A stretch of DNA of 18,862 nucleotides, taken from assembly GCF_006345805.1 (NCBI RefSeq), contig NW_021824451.1, positions 1 to 18,862 on the forward strand, given 5' to 3'. The notes beneath the pieces are model-generated. The model was not told the origin of the DNA. It searched no databases and worked only from the letters and a program-made list of their open reading frames with translations. Shown here in pieces: positions 1-9,710 of this stretch. This DNA is from Octopus sinensis (lineage: Eukaryota). Made by a program: the position numbers and the translations under genes. The first letter of the stretch is position 1. Each line of letters opens with the position of its first letter.

Positions 1-440
1 CCTTAACAGCTGTTTCTAGAATAGCAGGAACGATCAGAGTGAAATGTGTAAGTATTATGTACGTCCATGCTCGAATGAAAGAAAAAGTCCATTAGCAATT
101 GGTAAGGAGAATGTCTAAAAAGATAATCCACGGCAAAGGATAATAGAAGTTATTAGCTCCATTTTTGAACAAGCATTCTCTTTCGGAACTGCTGACGGAC
201 TTTACTTAAAACTTTATTATTCTTTCAAGCACGGAGCTACATATGCTATTATATTTCACTCTGATAATTCTTGTTTTTTTTTTCTACACACCCAGTGGGG
301 CGGGGGTACTAATATCCTCGATCAAGGATCCCTCTTCATATTTATACTTTTCCGACACCTCTCTCAATCTCCGATGACGCCATACCTACCTTATTCACTG
401 CCTTACTTACTTCTTGGCTATTCTATAAACAGCTGCTAGA
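1..440. repeat. Diverged inverted repeat (fold-back): arm 1-120 versus arm ~165-273 plus 417-440
   Basis: The reverse complement of 1-120 (CATTCTCCTT..AATTGCTAATGGACTTT..GAGCATGGACGTACATA..ATTTCACTCTGATCGTTCCTG-CTATTCTAGAAACAGCTGTTA) aligns by eye with the plus strand (CATTCTCTTT..AACTGCTGACGGACTTT..AAGCACGGAGCTACATA..ATTTCACTCTGATAATTCTTG [insert] GCTATTCTATAAACAGCTGCTA). Confidence 0.7.
274..410 (-). mobile_element. Short poly(A)-tailed retro-insertion with a 6-bp target-site duplication
   Basis: TTCTTG at 268-273 and 411-416 flanks a 137-bp segment that starts with T10. Removing the segment restores collinearity with the other arm of the inverted repeat. Confidence 0.5.
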
Positions 441-710
441 GACGCTATCTGTTAATATTCTCTATCTATATAAAATGTTTTTTTTTTCAAATGATGTTAA
501 ATGTTTTGCTTTCTCATTTTCTTTTATTTTAATCTATTTCCACCTGCTCAAGGAGAAACCACTTCTAGCCGCCTTTGATAGGCAATCTCAATACCATATT
601 TTTATGCAGTTGCAATTCAAGCCGGAGGTTTAGTGGTAAACCAGACTCAACAATCATAGTACATACCTATTACATTACGTCAGTTGGCGAAAACAACTTC
701 TTCATTCTCC

Positions 711-758
711 ATGTACGTATGTATGTATGTATGTATGTATGATGTATGTATGTATGTT

Positions 759-790
<32 letters not shown>

Positions 791-813
791 TGTATGTATG
801 TATGTATGTATGA

Positions 814-844
<31 letters not shown>

Positions 845-1250
845 CATGTATGTATGTATGTATATATATATGTATGTATGTATGTATGTACGTATGTATG
901 TATGTTTGTATTATGTATGTTTGTATATTTGCATGTATGTATATATATATGTATGTATGTGTATGTATGTATGTTTGTATGTATGTCTAAGTATGTATGT
1001 CTATGTATGTATGAATGTATTTATGTATGTGTATGTATGTCTGAATGTATATATGTGTGTATGTATGTATGTATGTGTGTATGTATGTATGTATGTATGT
1101 ATGTATGTAGTAATGTTTTTACGCGCGCGGATGAATGTGTCTATCCAAACAAGAGAGTATGCATATATGTGTGTGTTTGCGTTTGTGTATGTGTGTATGC
1201 ATGTGTGTTTGTGTGTGCGTGTAATTGTGTGTGTGTGTATGTGTGCGTAT
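711..1250. repeat. (TATG)n tetranucleotide microsatellite decaying into (TG)n
   Basis: Direct reading. It explains the MYVC/VCMY ORFs at 684-1345. Confidence 0.97.
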
Positions 1251-1424
1251 TAATGCATGTAGCTGAGTATATGTCATTGATATTAATCAAATTAAAATGT
1301 CTACCAGTAATTCCAATTAAAATATTTGAAATATTTTTCAGTTGATTTCTTTATAAGGAATCGAAACTGGACAATTTATACTCCCCACTCCTTCACTTTC
1401 ACGATCTCTTGCTCTCACAACTTA

Positions 1425-1913
1425 CTCCATACATACATAAATGCATACATACATACATACATACAGACATACACACACACTCATACATACATACATACAT
1501 ACATACATTCATACATACATACATACATACATACTTACATACATACACTCATACATACATACATACATACATACATACATACATACATACATACATACAC
1601 TCATACATGCATACATGCATACATACATACATACATACATACATACTCATACATACATACATACATACATACATACATACATACATACATACATACTCAT
1701 ACATACATACATACATACATACATACATACATACTACTCACTCATACATACATACATACATACATACATACATACATACATACTCACTCATACATGCATA
1801 CATACATACATACATACATACTCATACATACATACATACATACATACATAATACATACTCACTCATACATGCATACATACATACATACATACATACATAC
1901 GTACATACATACA
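1425..1913. repeat. (CATA)n microsatellite with recurring CACTC interruptions
   Basis: Direct reading. It is the reverse complement of the (TATG)n tract upstream and explains the HTYI ORFs. Confidence 0.97.
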
Positions 1914-2217
1914 TAAAAATTTACAAAACTAAAATCAAACGTGACGTGTGCCTATAAACATACATATAAATTAATAATATATAGGAACGAAGAAAATTAA
2001 AATATAATAATGAAAAGACTATATATTATAATGATGATAAAATAAACAAGGACAAAGAAATATATATTCGAATAAAAACTATGGATAAAAGTGGACGTAA
2101 ACAAATACGAATGAATGACAAAATGCAAAAAGTATAAAAAGATATAAAACGAAATCTACGGACAAAAAATTTTTAAATGATAAAATATAATAAAGTTAAT
2201 TTACAACATAAAAGTTA

Positions 2218-2303
2218 ACGTAAAAAATAACGTAAAAAAATATCGTAAAACAAATGTCGTAAAAGTATCGTAAAACAAATGTCGTAAAAATATCGTAAAA
2301 AAA
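2218..2303. repeat. CGTAAAA-core minisatellite (7 cores) with a 25-bp higher-order unit
   Basis: TATCGTAAAACAAATGTCGTAAAA(G/A) occurs at 2241-2265 and 2266-2290, with a partial copy from 2291. Confidence 0.85.
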
Positions 2304-2971
2304 ATATGTATGTTCAATCTACCGTTGTATAACATGGTCATAATTCGAGCTAAGTACAACAAAACGCCGCAAGACTTAGCGAAAATATCTATCTACCCAA
2401 TAACCAGCAGGGATTTGGGTCGGCGATGCTTTGCTGATGAGATCTAAACAGGCGGAAACACTCTCTGTATTTGTTATCGTACTTGATAACAACGATCAGG
2501 GCTTGTGTGTTTATGTGTAGGTGTGTAAGTGCGTATGTATGTGTGAACTTGTATTTATTCGAGTTGTGTCTCAATATATCCCTATGCAATTAGTATTGTT
2601 TAGCCCAAGGTTATATCTCCTAGTTCCATCTACCTGTGATCATCCGGTCTTTTCTTTTTTGATACGTAAGCCAATACATCTTTTCCTGCGAATGGTGTGT
2701 GATTTAAGGAAATTTGGCTGTTGTTTTTAGTGTGTTTAGCAGCCAAAAGGTGTTCAGTGTGTACGTTTAAATGCAGAGGAATTTGGTGGTGTCTGGCGAT
2801 GTCTGGTAGGGGTCTAGTGCTGTCTGGAATTACCTGTTGGTGCCTAGGGGTGACCTGTGGTGCCTGGCAGTGGCGGTTCGTAGATTAACAGAGATTAACA
2901 AATTATTAGTATTTATTTCACTGTAAACATAATGAATTTAATGTTTTAATTATTTCCATGAGATCAGGACA

Positions 2972-2988
2972 GTTATAAACACCCTGTA
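2972..2988. mobile_element. Possible right terminus of a Tc1/mariner-type element (…AAACACCCTG|TA)
   Basis: The reverse complement reads TA|CAGGGTGTTT, a typical Tc1/mariner terminal motif with a TA target. No matching left end was found. Confidence 0.3.
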
Positions 2989-3330
2989 CACACACACATA
3001 TATATATGTGCGTGTTGGTGTGTGAATATATATATTATATATAATATCCGTAATAATGAAGGGTGAAATTATTAATTTGGAAAAATTATCAATTACACCA
3101 AGTAGTCTTCGCATGTAAAGCCTCATTCGAGGAAAATTTAAGTAATACTAAGCAATAAGGGTTTAGCAACGAGTTGCCTTACCACATACCGAATTTAGAA
3201 ATAGCAGTCAAAGGGTTATAGCTATTTCTTCTACTAACAAGGGAGATCTCCAGTAAAAACAGCATTTGGAAGGCAGACACAAACAGGTAAGAGAATGAAT
3301 TGACTGCAATCTATCATACATTTTTTTTAG

Positions 3331-3452
3331 TATCCCACGACGTACGTTTCGAAATCAAGTTTTTAGGAAAGCATAAGAATTCAATATTAAATATTAAATA
3401 ATTCTAATAATTCGACTTACCGAAACTTCTTCTTTTCTCTCAGCGTAGAATA
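3331..3452 (-). ncRNA. Type I hammerhead ribozyme motif, unit 1 (degenerate)
   Basis: The core reads CTGAGAG (one base missing from CTGAAGAG) and stem I' is shifted (GTC|GTGGGATA). This copy is either inactive or carries sequence errors. Confidence 0.5.
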
Positions 3453-3944
3453 CTATAATCATAAATGATTATATATTGAATTTTGAGATACCAGAAGGCA
3501 CCAACTCAACTCAGTATCAGAGCGAGCTAGAATCCGCAACTGATATCACACCGAATCATTTGTGAATGAAACGATTGTGTCAACAGCCCCTTCCACCCCG
3601 CGTGTAGCCAAAACAAGATGCTGTGTCATCTACTGAGATAAAATATGGTTATCCGTAATAATGAAGGGTGAAATTAATTAATTTGGAAAAATTATCAATT
3701 ACACCCAAGTAGTCTTCGGCATGTAAAAGCCCATTCGAGGAAAATTTAAGTAATACTAAGCAATAAGGGTTTAGCAACGATTGCCTTGCCTTACCACATA
3801 CCGAATTTAGAATATAGCAGTCAAAGGGTTATAGCTATTTCTTCTACTAAAAAGGGAGATCTCAGTAAAAACAGCATTTGGAAGGCAGACACAAACAGGT
3901 AAGAGAGAATGAATTGACTGCAATCTATCATACAATTTTTTAGT

Positions 3945-4056
3945 TATCCACGGACGTACGTTTCGAAATCAAGTTTTTTAGGAAAGCATAAGAATTAAAT
4001 ATTAAATATTAAATAATTCTATCTTACCGAAACTCTTTTCTCTTCAGCGTATAATA
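3945..4056 (-). ncRNA. Type I hammerhead ribozyme motif, unit 2
   Basis: Minus strand: TATTATACG-CTGAAGA-G…C-GAAAC-GTAC-GTC^CGTGGATA. There is one mismatch in stem I. Predicted cleavage is between 3953 and 3952. Confidence 0.75.
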
Positions 4057-4540
4057 CTATAATCATAAATGATTATATATTGAATTTTGAGATACCAGAA
4101 GGCACCAACACTCAACTCATACAGAAGCGAGCTAGAATCCGCAACTGATATCACCGAATTCAATTTGTGAATGAAACGATTGTGTCAACAGCCCCTTCCC
4201 CCCGCGTGTAGCCAAAACAAGATGCTGTGGTCCTCTACTGAGATAAAATATGGTTATCCGTAATAATGAAGGGTGAAATTATTAATTTGGAAAAATATCA
4301 ATTACACCAAGTAGTCTTCGGCATGTAAAAGCCTCATTCGAGGAAAATTTAAGTAATACTAAGCAATAAGGTTTAGCAACGAGTTGCCTTACCACATACC
4401 GAATTTAGAAATAGCAGTCAAAGGGTTTAGCTATTTCTTCTACTAAAAAGGGAGATCTCAGTAAAAACAGCATTTGGAAGGCAGACACAAACAGGTAAGA
4501 GAGAATGAATTGACTGCAATCTATCATACATTTTTTTAGT

Positions 4541-4650
4541 TATCCACGGACGTACGTTTCGAAATCAGTTTTTAGGAAAGCATAAGAATTAAATATTAAA
4601 TATTAATAATTCTATCTTACCGAAACTTCTTTTCTCTTCAGCGTAGAATA
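4541..4650 (-). ncRNA. Type I hammerhead ribozyme motif, unit 3 (intact)
   Basis: Minus strand: TATTCTACG-CTGAAGA-[G…74-nt stem II…C]-GAAAC-GTAC-GTC^CGTGGATA. Stem I TCTACG/CGTGGA pairs (one G-U) and extends past a bulge. Predicted cleavage is between 4549 and 4548. Confidence 0.85.
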
Positions 4651-5130
4651 CTATAATCATAAATGATTATATTGAATTTTGAGATACCAGAAGGGCACCA
4701 ACTCACTCAGTATCAGGCGAGCTAGAATCCGCAACTGATCTCACCGAATTCAATTTGTGAATGAAACGATTGTGTCAAACAGCCCTTCCCCCCGCGTGTA
4801 GCCAAAACAAGATGCTGTGGTCATCTACTGAGATAAAATATGGTTATCCGTAATAATGAAGGGTGAAATTAATATTTGGAAAATTATCAATTACACAAGT
4901 AGTCTTCGGCATGTAAAAGCCTCATTCGAGGAAAATTTAAGTAATACTAAGCAATAAGGGTTTAGCAACGAGTTGCCTTACCACATACCGAATTTAGAAA
5001 TAGCAGTCAAAGGTTATGCTATTTCTCTTCTTCTACTAAAAAGGGAGATCTCAGTAAAAACAGCATTTGGAAGGCAGACACAAACAGGTAGAAGAATAAT
5101 TGACTGCAATCTATCATACATTTTTTTAGT

Positions 5131-5240
5131 TATCCACGGACGTACGTTTCGAAATCAAGTTTTTTAGAAAGCATAAGAATTAATATTAAATATTAAATAA
5201 TCTATCTTACCGAAACTTCTTTTCTCTTCAGCGTAGAATA
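5131..5240 (-). ncRNA. Type I hammerhead ribozyme motif, unit 4 (intact)
   Basis: Same core and stems as unit 3. Predicted cleavage is between 5139 and 5138. Confidence 0.85.
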
Positions 5241-5619
5241 CTATAATCATAAATTATATATATTGAATTTTGAGATACCAGAAGGCACCATCAACTCAGT
5301 TCAGAGCGAGCTAGAATCCGCAACTGATATCCACCGAATTCAATTTGTGAATGAAATTGTGTCAACAGCCCCTTCCCACCCGCGTGTAGCCAAAACAAAT
5401 GCTGTGGTCATCTACTGAATAAAATATGGTTATCCGTAATAATGAGGGTGAAATTAATTAATTTGGAAAATTATCAATTACCCCAAGTAGTCTTCGGCAT
5501 GTAAAAGCCCATTCGAGGAAATTTAAGTAATACTAAGCAATAAGGGTTTAGCAAACGATTTGCCTTACCACATACCGAATTTAGAAAATCGCAGTCAAAG
5601 GGTTATAGCTATTTCTATA

Positions 5620-5890
5620 AAGTTTCGGTAAGATAGAATTATTTAATATTTAATATTTAATTCTTATGCTTTCCTAAAAACTGATTTCGAAACGTACGTC
5701 CGTGGATATAAAAAAAAACTGTATGATAGATTGCAGTCAATTCATTCTCTCTACCTGTTTGTGTCTGCCTTCCAAATGCTGTTTTTACTGAGATCTCCCT
5801 TTTTAGTAGAAGAAATAGCTAAAACCCTTTGACTGCTATTTCTAAATTCGGTATGTGGTAAGGCAACTCGTTGCTAACCCCTTATTGCTT
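5620..5890 (+). mobile_element. Inverted, truncated partial copy of the tandem unit (unit positions ~380 to ~105)
   Basis: AAGTTTCGGTAAGATAGAATT…CGAAACGTACGTCCGTGGATA…CTTATTGCTT is the reverse complement of the unit. It contains only the 3' half of the hammerhead and lacks CTGAAGA. Confidence 0.92.
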
Positions 5891-5908
5891 TATATATATT
5901 ATATATAC

Positions 5909-5949
<41 letters not shown>

Positions 5950-6027
5950 TATATACATATACATCTACACCATACAATATGCATATATACATATATATAT
6001 AGACGCTAATACATACATATATGTATG

Positions 6028-6109
<82 letters not shown>

Positions 6110-6135
6110 ATATATATATATATATATATGTATGT

Positions 6136-6179
<44 letters not shown>

Positions 6180-6260
6180 TGTATGTATATATATAATATA
6201 TATATGTGTGTGTGTGTGTGTGGTAGGGTGTATGTATGTGTATACATGTGTGTGTGTGTG
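5891..6260. repeat. (TA)n then (TG)n microsatellite
   Basis: Direct reading. It explains the YI-repeat ORFs. Confidence 0.97.
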
Positions 6261-6262
6261 TA

Positions 6263-6703
6263 CAGTGTGTCCCAGAAAGATTTACCCCTGTTTAAAACTC
6301 TTCCTAAAGAATGTCACTTCCGGTAATATCATCCATATTTTACATAAAAATTTGCATGAATGACTTGTTTATGTTTCGTTTGTCTTTAACAAGTTTGTAA
6401 ACAAACATGGCGTCGAAAGCAAAACGTGGCCAGGTTGTCGCTTTGAAAACAGCTGGAGTGAGCAACAAGGACATGCGAGTCGTAAAACAGTGTTCAATAC
6501 CTGGAAAACAATATATGGAGTTCGCCACCTTCTCTACGAAGCCAACTGCTGGTAAGAAACGATCAATTCGTAGCAAACAAACTGTTGAAACTGTGAGGAA
6601 GCGAGTGAACCGAAATCTTCGTAGGAGTGCAAGAAAAACCGCAAAAGCTCTTGATATTTCGAAATCGTCAATGTACAGGATATTTAAAGATGATTTGAAA
6701 CCG
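6263..6703 (+). mobile_element. 5' half of a Tc1/mariner (maT/DD37D-like) DNA transposon
   Basis: The left end TA|CAGTGTGTCCCAG at 6261-6275 is followed by the N-terminus of a transposase starting at ATG 6407. Confidence 0.8.
6407..6703 (+). pseudogene. Truncated Tc1/mariner transposase, N-terminal double HTH DNA-binding region, no DDD domain
   Basis: …AGKKRSIRSKQTVETVRKRVNRNLRRSARKTAKALDISKSSMYRIFKDDLK matches the mariner/maT GRPR-linker and second-HTH pattern. The first-HTH segment RKTVFNTWK lies in another frame. Homology stops at ~6703. Confidence 0.8.
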
Positions 6704-6708
6704 AGTGA

Positions 6709-6798
6709 GGCGTCTTGTCCTACAACGTCAGACCGACCAACGTGAGTTAATTTGGTTGACGGAGACTGAAAGAAACGTGCCGTATATATATATATATA
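6709..6798 (+). mobile_element. Diverged fragment of SINE family A (CORE-like part plus TA tract)
   Basis: GACCGACCAA..GTGAG..ATTTGGTTGACGGAGACTGAAAGAA followed by (TA)n resembles 17080-17156. Confidence 0.6.
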
Positions 6799-7000
6799 GT
6801 CAAAAATTGTGAAGCATGACTGTCACCACTACTACATGAACCTGAAGATTGCAGAATTTAATGCATGAAAGTACTAGTTCAATCAGAATGAACATTTAAC
6901 ATTCTATTATTTTACTTTATTATATTATATTATCTTATATTATATCATTATAAGATTGTAAATAAAACGTGAAAATCAGACAAGGTTTGAATTCCTTTTA

Positions 7001-7003
<3 letters not shown>

Positions 7004-7068
<65 letters not shown>
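7004..7068. repeat. (TA)n microsatellite
   Basis: Direct reading. Confidence 0.97.
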
Positions 7069-7740
7069 CCAAATACATAAGAGATACCCCCCACACACAC
7101 ACAACAAACAAAAATAGGGTATCTGACTCACTAGAAAGAGCAGTTAATCTCCAAGCCACTAATTGTAATTCCGAAAGGGATTGAAAAATATAAACTTTTA
7201 CCTTATTATCCTAGACCATGCATGGTTTCTGCAGACTTAAATACAGATTGAAATAAAATAATTTCAATCTATATCTGGTGCTGCTTCTTCGGTAGGTTGC
7301 CAGGACCGAACACATAGATACGGAGCGATAGATAATCCGCCACGTGTCTTTACGCTCTAAATTTTCGAATCCACCGCGCAAATGCGGAACTCACCGGCGG
7401 TAAATAAATAAATTGCCGATTTTCTTCCAAAATTAGCCAAAAACATTTTATCATTAATAAGGACTTTGGAAAATTAGAGGAATCTTTATCCCAGTTAATT
7501 AACTCAACACCAATTTAGCCAAGCTCTTCCTGTTGCCAAACACTATGTCTTAAGTTAACCCAGCTCTATGACTGAAGTTAGCTAATTTCCTAATCTCACG
7601 TTAGTTAATTTCGAAGTCTTAATGTAGCCAGGGCTATAACAGTGAAACCAGCCAGACTGTAGGAAATCGCAACAATAAATGCTAGGTCTCAGCCAAAGAT
7701 CGAACCTTATTTTGCTACATCATGGCATAAACATATAATT

Positions 7741-8280
<540 letters not shown>

Positions 8281-8615
8281 GAATGAATGAGTCAACGACG
8301 CTCTAAATAACCAGGCCATTCACTTGTCTAAGCCCACTTAAGAATCGTTTATCTCAAAGCATTAATACACAGCTTCCAGATTTGACCACCCACCAAGGGT
8401 ACCTACCACACATATACTTAGACATCTAACCTCAGTCCTCAACCCTTAACTAAAACAGGGAGGGTACCGTGTAGGTGAACGGGTGGATAAGTGAGTAACT
8501 CATGTACATATTTATTACAGATACCAACATTATTCTTGCTTGTATTCAATTAAGTCGAATCTACTTTGTTGAATTTCTTTGTGAGAAATTGTTTTCTGAA
8601 AATAATCCATTATAG

Positions 8616-8987
8616 TCTTTTACTCCATTACTTGTTTCAGTGATTTGACTGCGGTCATGCTGGAGCAACACCTTATGGATTTTTGGTCGAACAAATCGAC
8701 CCCGGGACTTATTCTTAGTAAGCCTAGTACTCATTCTGTCACTCAAAGACACCAACATCGGTTATCAAGAATGAGGGGGGGTAAAACACAGACATAAACA
8801 CACAAACACCCCCCCCACACACACACACGCATGACGGGCTTCTTTCAGTTTCCGTTTCACTGACAAAGTTTTAATCGACTCGAGGCTATAGTAGAAGACA
8901 CTTGCCCAAGGTGCCAAGCAGTGGGACTGAAACCGGAACCAAATAGTTGGGAAGCAAGCTTCTTACCACACAGCCACACATGCCCCT
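8616..8987 (-). mobile_element. tRNA-derived SINE family A, diverged near-full-length copy
   Basis: Collinear with the full copy at 15036-15444: tail, GACTGCGGTCATGCTGGAGC, internal CA tract, GTAGAAGACACTTGCCCAAGGTGCC and tRNA-like head. Confidence 0.85.
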
Positions 8988-9019
8988 ATGTTGACGCCTT
9001 TGACTCCTATGTTGACGCC

Positions 9020-9700
9020 AGCAATTTTAGGGGTTAGTCCACTGGTACTTATTTTATCGACTCCAAAAGGATAAAAACGCCAAGACGACCTCGGCGGGAT
9101 TTGAATTCCAAATAAAGAGAATCCGGAGAAATGCTACTTACCATTTTATCCGGAGAGCTAACGATTCTTCCCTCTCGTCGCCTTTGGTTCCATATTTTGG
9201 TACAAGGCTAGTAATTTCATGGGCGGATAACTCGAGTACATCCACGCTAGATCTCAACTGGTTCTTATTTTATTAACTTCGAAAGGGTCAATGTCGAAGT
9301 CGACCTCCGCAGATTTTGAACTCAGGACATGCCAATTAGCGTTTTGTTCGGAGTGAGCTAATTGCATCCACCGCAGTGCTCAACTGGTACTTATTTTATC
9401 GACCCCGAAAGGATGAAAGGTCAAGTTGACCTCGGCGGAATTTGAACTCAGAACGCAAAGAACCCTAACAGATGCTACTAAGCATTTTGTCCAGCGTGCT
9501 AACGATTCTGCCTCCACGTCGCCTTTGGTTTCAAATTTGGGCTCAAGGCCAAAACTTTTAGCGTGGCGAGTGGGTGGTAAATTGCTTCCATCCACCCCGC
9601 TGCTCGGTTGATACTTAATTTCTTGAACCAGAAAGGATTTAATGCAAGGTTAACCTTGATGGGATTTGAACTGAGAACTGAGAACTGAGAACGTGAAAAC
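9020..9700 (-). mobile_element. Head-to-tail cluster of about four diverged SINE family C modules
   Basis: The motif CTGGTACTTATTTTATCGACCCCGAAAGGATGAAAGG..GACCTCGGCGGAATTTGAACTC recurs at ~9040, ~9255, ~9385 and ~9605. It is the reverse complement of 10550-10630. Confidence 0.8.
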
Positions 9701-9710
9701 CAGCGAAAGA

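Larger units (their letters stand above)
3045..5616 (-). mobile_element. Tandem array of ~590-605 bp hammerhead-bearing units (Penelope-like/retrozyme-type retroelement), 4 full copies plus a 186-bp partial
   Basis: Units start with TATCCGTAATAATGA at 3045, 3650, 4255, 4845 and 5431. Copies differ mostly by 1-3 nt indels. Each full unit has a minus-strand hammerhead core. The array is flanked by TA-rich microsatellite. Confidence 0.85.

Noticed and set aside
684-1957. Long ORFs (MYVC and HTYI repeats)
   Set aside because: They are translations of (TATG)n and (CATA)n, which lack stops in most frames. There is no non-repetitive coding content.
2434-2480. CTGATGA…GAAAC…GTA hammerhead-like string
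   Set aside because: There is no stem II closure and no stem I adjacent to the core.
4139-4195. Plus-strand hammerhead look-alike in each unit (CTGATA-TCAC…GTGA-ATGAAAC-GATTGT-GTC)
   Set aside because: The core is CTGATAT, not CUGANGA, there are extra bases before GAAA, and no stem I pairing exists.
3045-5616. CRISPR array, rDNA or coding tandem gene interpretation of the 600-bp repeat
   Set aside because: There is no repeat-spacer structure or rRNA similarity. The ORF at 4973-5167 is not kept open in the other units.
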